DNA of 60,403 nt, filler included, from Circinaria calcarea (taxonomy: Eukaryota), in assembly GCA_051942165.1 (NCBI GenBank). It is 5 parts of 5 records of this genome, joined end to end, with 100 filler letters (N's around TTAATTAATTAA, not from the genome) between each part and the next. Parts side by side here need not be neighbours in the genome. Positions count along the whole stretch, not along the records: positions 36,323 to 48,321 come from JAVECS010000620.1; positions 48,422 to 60,403 come from JAVECS010000621.1; 3 more parts are not named here. One strand, given 5' to 3'. The notes under the pieces were generated by a model. It was not told where the DNA came from. It did no database searches and was given only the letters and a program-made list of their open reading frames with translations. Numbering within the stretch: position 1 is the stretch's first letter; each line of letters starts with the position of its first letter. Positions 37,134-49,635 of the stretch are shown here, in pieces. Made by a program: the position numbers and the translations under genes.

Positions 37134-40100
37134 CTATGCACTCTTCTCGTGTTGAGTGGAGACACGTTGTAATGAGACGACTGCATCGAATTAGCATGAT
37201 TGTAACTTTTCTTATCGGGAAAAGGATATTTCGACTTACCGAAATCTTCCAGTGATCGCTGCTTTTGGTTCTTCTTGGGTGATTTGCCGTGAACAAGATT
37301 ATCGAATCCAACGTTATCTTGGAGGAGATAGTAGAGGCCACCAAGGACGCAGAAGATGCCGAGACAGAAGACTAAGAAATGACATGTTAGTAGGTTAATG
37401 GACCTTGGGGATTGCTGTCGAACTTACTCCACACTCGGACAACAGCGACAATTGACGTCCGTCCTCCAACGAAGAAGCCAAAGAGACAGAAGAAGGTGGC
37501 GACAATATCGACGATGAGGATGGCACCGGACAGTTGCCACGAGGGAATGGATGACCAGAAGGGCCCGTCCGAACGTGTGATGAAGATGAGCCAATTCTCG
37601 GATAGAGAAATCTGGAGGAACAGCACCTCGTCGCGGACACCAAAGTTCTGAACGATACCGCCATCCTCGGAGTGAGCCAACATGGTTGTCAGAGTGATCC
37701 AAGTGCCGACAGCCAAGACGATACCGAGGATGATGGATGTACCCCATAGCTTAGGTAGGTTCCACTTGACAGGCGTCTTGGAGAATGGTGCATTATCGTA
37801 AGCAATGGCCAACGTAGCGACATCAGCAAAGATAGCGATGAAGACGATGAGTTCAATGTTCAGGCTGGTGTTCAGGATAGCTATCCACAGGCCTAAGAAG
37901 ATTTCAAGATGGAGAGAGAGGGCGATACGGTAGACAACGTATGCATACCTATAAGCCACTGTTAGCAATGCCTTTGCGTATTCATTGAGACCCTAATGTC
38001 TTCAATTCTTACATTCGGTGGAAAATTTGTCGAGAAGTCTTAAGAGCGTCGATGATAGCAGATAGACCAGGTGCCAGGAAGACAATGTCGGCAGCCGATC
38101 GAGCAGCATCAGAAGCACCTTCAACAGCAATACCCGTATCAGCCTTCTTGAGGGAAGGAGCATCGTTCACACCATCACCAGTCATAGCCACAAGGTAACC
38201 ACGCTGTTGCAAGATCTCAACCACATTGTACTTGTGCTGGGGGAACACCTCGGCGAATCCATCAGCTGCCTCGACGAAATCGTAAACCTCAGATCCGGGC
38301 ATGGTTCCTCCACCACTGAGACCAAGACGCTCGGCGTTGTAGACGTTTGTACCGAGACCAAGTTGACGGGAAGTTTCACGTGCAATACCGACAGCATCAC
38401 CCGTCAACATTTTGATTGAGAGGCCCAGAGTCTTGGCTTCGGAAATGGTCTTTGCGGTGTCGTGACGTGGGGGGTCTGCGCAAGGCATGATACCCAGAAT
38501 TTCCCATTGACCTTCACCGCGCTTGCGGGCAACACCGAGCGAACGGTAACCACGGGTAGCAAATTCGGCGACTTTGTTCTTGTAAGCTTCGTCAATTTCG
38601 TCGGGGATTGGGTGATCGTCTGTGACAGTTCTCAGGACAAACAAAGGTGCACCCTTGACACAGATAATCCTTTCGCCTTGGGGAGATTCAACAATGGCGG
38701 AAACCTTCTTAGAGACGGGGTCGAAGGGGTGGAATTCGAGAACCTTGTATTTGGACAGAACACTCTTTGCGCGTGGGTAGTACCTCAACGACTTCAGGAA
38801 AGCTTTGTCAATGGCGTCAATACCCTTCTTCTTACGCGAGGCAGCAAGACAGGCTGTAAGCATGAGATCATCGGGCTCAACTCCTGCGACTGTGAAAGGC
38901 TCAGACAAGGAGAGCTTGTTCTTGGTCAATGTGCCAGTCTTGTCCGAACAGAGAATTTCGACACCGGCTAGAGACTCAATGGCGGAAAGTTTCTGAACGA
39001 TAGCCTGTTTCTTGGCTAGGTAAGCAGCTCCGACAGCCATGGTAGTTGTAACGACGGCTGGTAGACCGACAGGGACACCGACAATGGTAATACCAAGAGT
39101 GAATTCCAAGATGAGACTGATCCTGTTGGATCGATAGAAGGACGAAATCCACACCACAAGCAGGGTAGTCATGACAAGGACGAGCAAAATCGTACCGATA
39201 CCATTCAGGACTTCGGTGAAATGACCCGTTCCAGCGCTGGCAGCGTTGACAAGAGCGGCAGCGCGACCGACAAAGGTACTGTCCCCAATCGAGGTAATGA
39301 CAATGAAAGCCTCACCACGCTTGACAGCGGACGATGCATAGACAGTGTCACCTTTGTGTTTGTCGACAGCAAGGGACTCTCCAGTGATGGCGGACTGATC
39401 AACCTGGAGATAGGCGTCTTCGGTAACAATACGGCCATCAGCGGGGATGATGGTACCCTGAGTTTGTTTAGTGACTATGCGACACGGTGATCCGTTTTAT
39501 GAGTAGTGACTTACCTCCTCGATCTGGAGGATATCACCGGGAACAACCATGGGCGCCTCGACTTCGGTAAGTTTTCCATCACGAAGGACGATGGCCTTAA
39601 GTGCCAGGGTCTTCTTCAATTCGTCGACGATTGAACCAGCTTGAAATTCCTGAATGAAACCAACAGCCGCGTTAAGCAAGAGCAGGGCGATAATAACACC
39701 GAAATCAACCCAATCTTGAAGACCGGCGGCTAGAATCATAGCGGACTATCGACACATGATTGGTCAGCATATGATTCCGCAGAGGAAGACGAGTGCGCTG
39801 TGGTCATTGGGAGGTCAAAACAATCGACGATGCCAATGTGAACATGAGAATGCGACCATGGGCAGCATTTACACACACACGGTCTGGGGACTTACCTCCA
39901 TGACGAATTGAATGGGCCCAACAAAGTACCCGAGGAACTTGAGAATCAAGTTCTCTTTTTCTTCCTTCATTTGATTCAACCCGAACTTCTTGCGTCGCTG
40001 GGATACTTCCGCATCGGACAGGCCGACACGCGTGCTGGTCTGAAGCAATTCTTCCGCCACCGGGCGCTCCCCACCGATTTCCGTTTCCTCTTCGGCCTCT

Positions 40101-40345
40101 TCGACGGCGCCGTCTTGGGATTCGAGGTCGTCAATCAGTGCGTCCATGTCCTCCTCCTCTTCGTCGTCGTCCATTTTCTTCTCGCTCATCGGGTCCATGC
40201 CATTGTGCTGTTGCTTCTCCGGATCGTGGGCGCCATCGAATTGACCGCTGGGCACATTGGTCCCCAAATGGTTGGGCGGGGTAGCGTCGGAGCTGGTGTT
40301 TGACGTGTGGTCGCCGGCATGGGCGGCCGCCATATGGTCGGCCAT
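37134..40345 (-). CDS. PMA1: Plasma-membrane H+-ATPase (P3A), multi-exon
   Basis: [56 protein letters not shown]-terminus [21 protein letters not shown]. Confidence 0.97.
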
Positions 40346-43254
40346 TGTAAGATTGTCGTTTGATCAATGCAGTATTAGATCACTAAAGGTACTGCAATAA
40401 TCAATGCCAACCCTCGACACGCTGTCGATAAGGGAGGAAGGATGAAGGAGGAGGAGGAGGAGGGAGAGCGGTCGTAGGTGTTGTCGAGTGAGGGGAGCTG
40501 GGGGGGGGAAGGTTATGTAAGGAAGGGCGGATGCAGGGTGGTAGCAGGAAGCTCTTGCTGTGGTAATCTCGGCAAGGCCAAAAGGAAGCTACGGTGTGTT
40601 TGGGTTGCGTTGAGCGATTGCGACGGGTCCGCCTTCCGGATCTGTGGGATCCAGCAGCGCTGAGGCACAGCTCCGTGCGATTGATTGACTTGACTGGTTG
40701 ATGAAGTGGAATGATGGATGGGATTGATTGATTGCAAGACAGGGAACGGGGGAGAGGAAGATATATATGAAAGGGCGAGGAGACGGAATTATGATTTGGA
40801 CTGTTGCGAGAATAGCCAAAATCACGCATGGCATGGGCTATTCCTCTCGCTCCGTGGGACTTCCTTCTTGCGCACCGCAGACTAAGGGAGCCCCTCGGCC
40901 TGAGACCCTACGAGACAGAGAGCAGAGTTTTTTGCACGGTGCGGCAATCTCCCTCTTGGCCTTGGCCCTTTCGGTTTGGCCCATCTGTTCTGCTGCTGCT
41001 GCTGGCCTCTGGTGATGAATTGATTACTGGATGTGACCTTGTGCGTAAGAGGGAAAGATCCGGGAGTGAATGCGGCCTAAGCTCGAAGCTGATAGGAGCG
41101 GGGCTACACCAAAGCTTGACCAGCTTCCCATCCCCGGTCCGGTTTCTCACGGTGGTATTCGCACCATCGAGAAGGAGCTAAGACTGTTCCCGTCTAGTCT
41201 CGCCGTGAACCAGCCAGAGCAGTTGCGAAATACAATTCGAGATGTGGGAACCTTTCGCCTTCATCTACGTTTTGGTCGGCATTGGGCGAGAGGAAGACAC
41301 CGTGTCCATCTCTCCGGACCAGGGGAATGGGAAGCGCCTTGACTACGTGGATGGGAACAAGGCTTTCTCTCTGGTCAAACCGCTTGGGCTCGATGCGCTT
41401 TCGCTGCGGGGATGTGAGCTATCGAATCCAAGCAGGAGCCGAGAGCCTCATGCAGAGATATCGCAGATGGCGATAACATTGTCATGGAGATTATCTACGC
41501 ACTACGCTTGATTCGCCGGTGTTCGAGGCAGGCAAGCCGCCGACGTAGGATGATTGGCGTACAGATGATTTTATGAGATTGTGAGATTCAGGTGATGGTA
41601 CGCCGAAAAGGTGAATGGAATGCCCCAACAGGCCATCTCGGAGTGACAAATTTTCCAATTCCGTTGCCGGGGCCCCAAGTCGTATCGCATCGTATCTCGA
41701 AGGGAAAAAAAAAAATTAAATGCCTCAGCTCCACTCGCAGTCCCTGCGTAACTCCAAGAAGAGTCCAAGCTCTCGAGTCAGACAAGGAGCCGCAGAACTG
41801 AGCTGTAGGGCTGAAACACCTAGTCGCCATTGACATCTCCGGTCGTCGGAGAGGAAGCAAGCACCGCACCAGTTCTACTCCGTATTCTCATGGGTTTGAA
41901 GGTATTTCATCAGATACCTTATCAATTGAACATTTCCCACAGACGGAAATTGTACTGAATGGTTAGTATCCCTCACCTTTCCCCCCCCTGTAGAAGGGCC
42001 TGAGGGCCTGCCTAGTGCGGGAGGAAAACCTGCCCCATCAAGCCCGTCAGAGATAATCCGGCAACCCCCCACACCACTGCTATCCTGCAATGCGCGGTCA
42101 GCCGTTTGAACTTTTTGAGGCCGAGTGGAGCGATGCCCCGATGGACAGGTGACATTGCAGGCTGGTGGTTGCCGCCCGATGGGTTAAGGAACCTACTGTA
42201 CCTCCGCAGCGGTGTGATTCCTGGAGGAGAGTCGGTTAGGTGCAGGATCAGATTCGATGATGACGGGCTTGGCTGTGCGATTCCTTGCATGGGATACGCG
42301 CCCCTCCTGGAAGATGAAGTGGTAGGGTACGGAGTAGCGTGGTCGGAGATGATTTTTGAGTTTGAATCGCGAGAAGGGATTCGAGAGTTTTGGGAGTTCT
42401 GTGATTGTAGAGAGAGGCATCGGTTTTGGTGTCGATGGAGGCAGTCATGATCTGATCGCATATCTACTCGGTATGCGACAACAAGCCGGACCAAAGGTAT
42501 TGGAGGAGAATCGGGAGAGCGATGGATAGTGGCTCACCGGCCTTCTCGCCATCATCATGCAATCTTGCACCGACTATATATAATACACTATAAATCCATG
42601 ACCGCATTCACCATATTGCTGAAACGTCGGTAGCTGGGAGTTTCCCGGGCTGGATAGCGACCAGGCGTTTCATGTAAGTTCTTGGGGACAATCCTATAGT
42701 ACACAGCTGTCCTTTGGGGAACTGGGATCTGGGTAAGTAAAAGAGTCCCATGCACAGTGGTATCACAGCGTTAGCGCACTGTGGGGGGACAGGTAATCTG
42801 CATTAACATATTGATTGTCTTAACTGCACGCGCCCAATTTAAGATACAGAAATGCCTGTCCATCTGCCCTAACTTTTTTACTTCCTAGGTCCGATGCGCT
42901 CTCCCTCGGTCCCATTTCCTCGTCGCTTATGTACACGAACAAGTGACTTGCAAGTGAACAAGCAGGGGTAGGGCTACTTCGAAGAGTAACTGCAATTTCG
43001 AGTGTCCGCAAACTCTCATACTCACGCTTGAGGGTTTAGCCGGGGGCAAAGAGAGCGCCAGAATCAGATATCAGACAGATCCAAGCCACCCACAAATTGT
43101 CGCCAAGGCGTTTGACCTTAAACGCATTCAACTCCCATCCAACGCCCCTTTGTGCATGCTGCTGAAAATTGAAATCACAATGAGTGTCCCATAACCGTCG
43201 TAATTGGCTAGGGACCCAGAAGGCAGTGTAGAGCACCGACTAGACAGAATTAAT

Positions 43255-45883
43255 CTAGGTAGCACCCGGTGGGGGTGGTTGAGTAGGAGTTGACCCAGAC
43301 ATCATGAACCCCGGCGGGAACATTGGCATTCCATTATGCATCGGAGGGAATTGGAAACCAAATCCCGGAACCGAAGGAGCAACGCCAATGGTATTGGTAT
43401 CGCGATCATTACTGTTTCTCCCTTCCGGTTGACGGTAACGAGAGGCATTAGAAGAAGGGGCGTCACGAGTTGAGCGTGGTCCTTGCTGGCCACCCTTGTC
43501 GGTTTGCATTCGTCTGCTGATAGCTGTGAGAGGTTCGGTCAGTTTCATCACAGCTGAAGAGATAGTCAATGGACTATTACCTTTGGACGAGACTCCTGCA
43601 CCGATTTCAATATCGGGTTCCTCGACGACGAGACCACTCTCAATAGGCTTGCCACCAGTGCCACCAAACTCGGCGGTCAGCATCCATTTACGATCTGCAT
43701 CTGTCAAGCGCTCAATGGGAATAATGCTGATACCAGTTTGGTAATCACTGCAGTCACGAGGTCCAAAACCAACGCCCCAGCGAGTCTGGGAAAAGTTAGT
43801 AAATCGAGGGCTTCAAAAGCAACGTACAGAAGACGTTGAATGACCAGACATACCCTAAGTTGCATATCGGATGACTTGTAATGCTCCATGCCCTCTTTAG
43901 CAACCATTGCTTCCTCACGAGTGATCATCTTGACAAATGCGTGCCGTTTGTCGACATTTACGATGCACGTTTGTACTCTGCCGAACGCCAAGAATATGGC
44001 ACGCAAATCATCTTCAGAGGAACTACATCCCGTCAAAATCAATAGGCAATCAATCAACCTAGGACACTTACGTTACGCCACCCACAAAAAGGGTTCTGCT
44101 AAGGACTGAGAGGACTGTAAGCTTGGGTTCAGGGAGGGCAAGTCTACCTTGGTTTCTCACCTTTAATCATGCCTTCACCAATCGACCGATCATATTGTAT
44201 CCACTTCGGACCCGGGGCAGGCAATGCATGATCTTGACGGCGAGGACTTGGACTTCTACGAGACCGAAGTGGGCTTCGTTGGCGGTTCTCGTTGCCACGA
44301 CCTCTAGTGCCTCCACGACGAAAGTCGCTGCCTCTACCGTTCCGATCATTGCCATATTCACCATACACGGGGCTATCGCGGCGACGAGGCTGAGGTGATT
44401 CACGACGTCTATCCCTATCCCAACCAGACGGCGAACGAGATCTCTGGCGAGGACTTCTATACCGATTGGGAGGAGATCGGATAGAGTGATCATAGCCATT
44501 ACGGTCACGTGACTGCTCATCCCGAACACCACCATATCCCCCATAACCCGCGGTGTTTGGAGCAGCTGCAGTTGGAGCTCCGTTCGCCATCAATACAGAG
44601 AGTACAGCTGCCCATTGATCTTGCGGAATGTTTTGGGCTTTCAACGCCGATAGAATTTCCAGCTGCTTTTGTAAATTTTCTGGCGTTACAGAAAGATTTC
44701 CTTGAGGCATCATCGGCATCGGATTGACCGGCATAGTGAGTGGCCCATTTTGCATGAAGTTTTGAGGAGGAGCATTCATGCTCGGATATGGAAATACACC
44801 ATTGAGTGCTCCTGGTACATTTACAGCCTGCGCAGGTGGAGGCACTGATGTAGCCTGATTCATGGATGAAGGTATACTTGGATATGTATTCTGCGGAAAT
44901 GTTACAGGATTTGAGCTACCTTGCTGCAGGTTTCCCTGCCCTACTGGCGCTGTAGGGTTTTGCTTTGCCATGTTTGCAAGAGCTTGCAGATTCGCAAGTA
45001 TCGCAGAGGTGTCTTGCGTCGGGGCAACATTTTGAGGTTGCGGATCTAACGGTATGAAGTTTTGCGGAGGCGTACCATCGGGGGTAGTGGACAGAGCTAC
45101 AACCATCCATGTATCAGAAGCTATGATTACGCCAAAATCTTTTCCTCTGCGGAACTCATGCTGGATGGTTGGAGAATCTTACCATTTGAGCTCGGCGCGC
45201 TTAACTTCTCTTTAAAGTTAGAGAGCATCGTCTGCGGAAAGGTATTACCACGCTCCCAGATATCAATTAATTTCTTGATTTTGTCCTAACCCACAGGGAA
45301 TACGTAAGTTTCGAATGCACACAATACGGACGACAGAAACAGTCTTTGGAATTTATACAAGCAAGGTAGTTACGCAGTCTACCCGCAACGGTATATCTAG
45401 GAAGACTAGTGTGTGAAGTGGTAAGTGTTTTCTCTAAGAAGCGTACCTTTTGTTCTTCCGGGGCATTGGTTATGATATCGTTCATGAAAGAAGGCAGCAG
45501 CTCCGTCACATGGTTGACGCCAGCAGCAAAAGTACCATCGGCCGCAGCAGATCCAATCGGTTGGCCGGCTTTGCGTGCTTGCTCTACCCATTGTCGAGTT
45601 ACGGAGTCTACTACATATAAAACACCCAGCTTATGGGTTCCGGGAGCCTTCTTAAAGTGTGTGTAGACTTTCTGGATGAGGACGGTTTCGGACTATGGGA
45701 TGTATCAGGATAGTTAGTACATGGTAGATAAAAACGAAAGGGACCGAAGTAGTCAAAGCATACCTGTACGTTTGCGTTGCAGAGTGCTGTGATGCTGGTA
45801 ATTTTACCGCCCGAGACACCTGGTGGCTTCAAGGCCAGCATCGACTGAAGAATGGTGTCGAGCTCTGCTACACACGACGACAT
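43255..45883 (-). CDS. NRD1: Pol II CTD-interacting (CID) plus RRM termination factor, Nrd1/Seb1 family
   Basis: LKPPGVSGGKI, HKLGVLYVVDSVTR, KLIDIWERG; RS-rich region; VLSRTLFVGGV, RWGVGFGPRDCSDY, VVEEPDIEIGAGVSSKAISRRM. Confidence 0.92.
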
Positions 45884-46753
45884 GGTTGCAAAAGTTAGTA
45901 AAGCGACCGGTCTACTGCGACTGCATCCAGTAATGACCCGATGCCTCTGTGAATGGACGATGAGTCTTGATCACCTAGTGATCGATTGATGTGTTTCTAC
46001 CACAGCTTCGGAAGGTCTGAACGAGCAAAGTACTTCAAATGATTATCGTTCGAAGAAATGTGTTGTGTCGGAGTAGCGAGGTGTGTGTTCTACAGTCCTT
46101 GATGTGAAGTACGATGAAAACTAGGTAAAAATTGCGACCCAGCCAGTTCGTGGTGATCGCTACAGAGGAACGCGCTTTAAAGATTTCTCTACTTGCTATC
46201 CCTTGAGCCTGATGAGCGCGGAGTGATCGTGAACGGTCCAAGTCAACAGGTTTGTGTGGTCGTGATTGAAGTGCCGATGATTCGATGTTGTGTGATGATG
46301 GAAAGTGAAGGAAGAGAGGCGGAGGAGGAGGAAGTACAGAAGGCTGAAGCTAGTGGAATTTGGAAAAGGTGGCTGGCAAAGCACGTGAATCGACTAGCAA
46401 GGCCGTTCGGTAATTCGGTAATGTATGATGGTGAGTGTCTGTTAATCCAAAAGAGATTACCGGAGAGGAATTGGTTCATAATCCATATCCCGATCGTACT
46501 CAATCGACAATCCTACTGCTTTGATATTTCGATTACAGTGTAGGTACCGTAGTATTCATCAGGTCCTTGTCTCTACATACCTTATCTACGGAGCACTACA
46601 GAGTACCACACGACCTTACCAGCCTTATGGTACAGCCGAAAAGCTCCGAAGCGCTTTGGGATTTGCCGAGCTTCAACAATTTCTCCGCCGCATTGCTCAA
46701 CTTTTTGGTCATCACATCTGCTCTTTCAACAGCAAACAACTCAACGTCACACA

Positions 46754-48321
46754 ATGGCAACGGCCTTACGTTTAGGAAGTTGCAGCTTACGGTCTTCACT
46801 GGTCGGCGTATCGTCTCCTGCGCGTTCGTTCGCTTTCAATGGCCTCCGATATTATTCATCAGCAAAGACGCAGGTAAGCCCATTGAGGACTTTCAACTTA
46901 CGCCGAGTTTGTACTGACTCCCTTCTTTGCAGACTCTGAAAGAAGCCTTTGCCGAGAAGTTGCCCGCAGAAATTGAGAAGGTCAAGAAGCTACGGAAGTA
47001 ACTTCCCCCATCATCCAACTCAAAGCCACTGGCCTGATATACAACGCGCGGATAGAGATTATGGCTCAAAAGTGGTGGGAGAAGTGACCTTAGACCAAGT
47101 TTATGGAGGGGCTCGCGGAATCAAATCACTTGTTTGGGAGGTATGAGATAGTCTACTCAAAAGATGGCGAAGGAGCTGATAATATCTAGGGATCTGTGCT
47201 TGACTCCGAAGAGGGAATCCGATTTAGAGGGAGGACGGTGAAAGACGGCATACCTAGATATCTGAAATGGACTAGCTAACGGTATCCACATAGATTCCAG
47301 AATGTCAAGAACTTTTGCCAAAAGCCCCAGGCGGTAGCGAACCTCTACCAGAAGGTGCGCAGAGGCCTAGGGACGTTCACCGAATGCTTGTTGACAATGC
47401 CATCTAGGTCTTTTCTGGCTGCTCCTGACCGGCGATGTCCCGAGCGAGCAACAGGTTCGCGACCTATCAGCCGAATGGGCTGCCCGCTCAGATGTACCCA
47501 AGTTTATTGAGGAACTCATTGACCGTTGCCCCAGCGATCTACATCCCATGGCACAGTTCTCTCTTGCGGTTACTGCTCTCGAACATGAATCTTCGTTTTC
47601 GAAAGCGTACGCTAAGGGTATAAGTAAGAAGGATTACTGGGGATACACCTTTGAGGACTCAATGGACGTCATCGCTAAGCTTCCGACGATTGCTGCTAGG
47701 ATCTATCAAAACGTCTTCAAAGATGGCAAGGTCGCGCCAGTTCAAAAGGACAAGGATTACAGCTTTAATCTAGCCAATCAGCTAGGCTTTGGTGAGAATA
47801 AGGACTTCGTCGAGCTGATGCGCTTATACCTCACTATTCACTCCGATCACGAGGGTGGGAATGTCAGTGCTCATACCACCCACTTGGTAGGTAGTGCACT
47901 CAGCTCTCCCATGCTGTCTCTGGCTGCTGGTCTCAATGGATTGGCTGGTCCCTTGCACGGATTGTAGGTCCATCTTTGCCGCGTATGGCATGTAGGTGCT
48001 AATTGTGCCAGGGCAAATCAAGAAGTACTCAATTGGTTACAGAAGATGAAGAAAACCGTAGGCAGTGATCTTAGCGACAAGGCCATTACTGATTATCTCT
48101 GGTCGACCTTGAGATCCGGGCAAGTCGTACCTGGCTATGGGCACGCTGTCCTCCGAAAGACAGATCCGCGATATGTATCTCAACGGGAGTTCGCTCTCCG
48201 TCATCTTCCGGACGACCCAATGTTCAAGCTCGTCAGTCAGGTCTACAAGATTGCCCCGGGTGTTTTGACCGAGCACGGCAAGACCAAAAACCCCTACCCG
48301 AACGTTGATGCCGTAAGTTTT
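46754..48321 (+). CDS. CIT1: Mitochondrial citrate synthase, 3'-truncated
   Basis: Presequence; [49 protein letters not shown]. Confidence 0.96.
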
Positions 48322-48421
48322 NNNNNNNNNNNNNNNNNNNNNNNNNNNNNNNNNNNNNNNNNNNNTTAATTAATTAANNNNNNNNNNNNNNNNNNNNNNN
48401 NNNNNNNNNNNNNNNNNNNNN
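48322..48421. other. Artificial contig spacer
   Basis: 44 N + TTAATTAATTAA + 44 N. Confidence 0.98.
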
Positions 48422-48805
48422 CCACTCCCCCTCTCTTCCAACTCCAAGTACAAGGAACACTCAGACTCCTCGCACCCCCCGTCAGATAGAACGTCCCATC
48501 TCCCTTGTTAGCAATGGAGATCCAGTCCGTGCCCCCGGGGCGCATGCGTCGTCGCCTGGCTATTGCAATTGGCGTTGGCCCCGGACCTGAAGATGCAGGA
48601 GCCGCTGCCCCTGCATGATCGAAAGCTGGGCACCGTAATCATTGGTGGGGAAGTTGAAGCACTTGCCCGGGCTGTCGATGACGCGGAAGTGAGGCACGGC
48701 GTTGATGAGGATCAGGGTGACGGCTCGGTCCTCGAGGACGGGGACGGGGGCCGCGGTGGCAGAGAGGGTGAGGCCGAGGAGGAGATTGATGATGGTGAAA
48801 TGCTT
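48422..48805 (-). pseudogene. Small secreted protein gene lacking ATG (AAG at the start position), with apparent frameshifts
   Basis: Frame from 48805 reads (K)HFTIINLLLGLTLSATAAPVPVLEDRAVTLILINAVPHFRVIDSPGKCFNFPTNDYGAQLSIMQ; in-frame TAA two codons upstream; C-ending codon bias. Confidence 0.6.
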
Positions 48806-49635
48806 GCTTTAGAGGCTTTCGGGGAGGGGGGGGATTTGTACTTGATTGAGTTCACGGGAAACTTTGGTAGCGGTGGTGGTGAGGGTGGGTAATAAGGAGC
48901 TTCTTTACCTATCAGCATTACATGTAAGCTTTTACTATACTTGTCTGCCACAGAAAACTGTTTTGATGACGCATCTTCATAAAGCACCGGTTATGGAAAA
49001 CTAAAATCATAATAGAGTATTCAACTTGTAAGGATAACTTCGTGGCTTACTTTTTACTCGATGAACAAGTCCATTGACATTCTAATTAGAGTAACCAAGC
49101 TAGCAGCTTCGAAGACGACAGTGATAAACAGGATAAGCGGCAAAGATGTTTCTATACGTGAGGCAGATTTTCGGACGTAAGTTTCTTAGGTCCTGTTATA
49201 TTGCACGTGAGACTGGTGCATTACAGGAAGTGAAAACTATGTCATTCCTTGAAAGGCTATACGTAAAAATGTGAGAAATGAGATACTTGGCCTATAGCTA
49301 CGGTAGAGTGATGTAGAATATAAGCTATTGTTTAGTTGTACGCCTCGGATAGTCTTAGTAGGTTAAATGTGCGGTGAAAAACTAGTCAATAAGTGGGTGG
49401 ATGAAGATGGGATGGCACCTATGTTTGTTTGGCTTTGCACTTCAGGAATCTTAATCTGAAAATTCCTGTCACCATCCGTTGGCTACAACAGAAGAAGCTA
49501 ACTCTGTGTACAGCATTTACCCAAGCGAAAGGGGTGTTATCCACTTCAACCCGTCATCGCTGACTCAAAGGTTAAACCGAGATGTGGGTATCTTGCAATA
49601 ATACCAGAACAGAGGTGAAACCTTCAAATGGCTTA

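Noticed and set aside
28398..40345. Apparent cluster of P-type ATPases (SERCA, PMA1) with a 14-3-3 regulator
   Set aside because: PMA1 lies on a different contig across a spacer, so the linkage is an artefact
42012..42494. Overlapping 114-160 aa ORFs upstream of PMA1 (one faintly EthD-like, one with a hydrophobic tail)
   Set aside because: Non-ATG starts, mutually antisense, no supportable family motif; likely regulatory intergenic DNA
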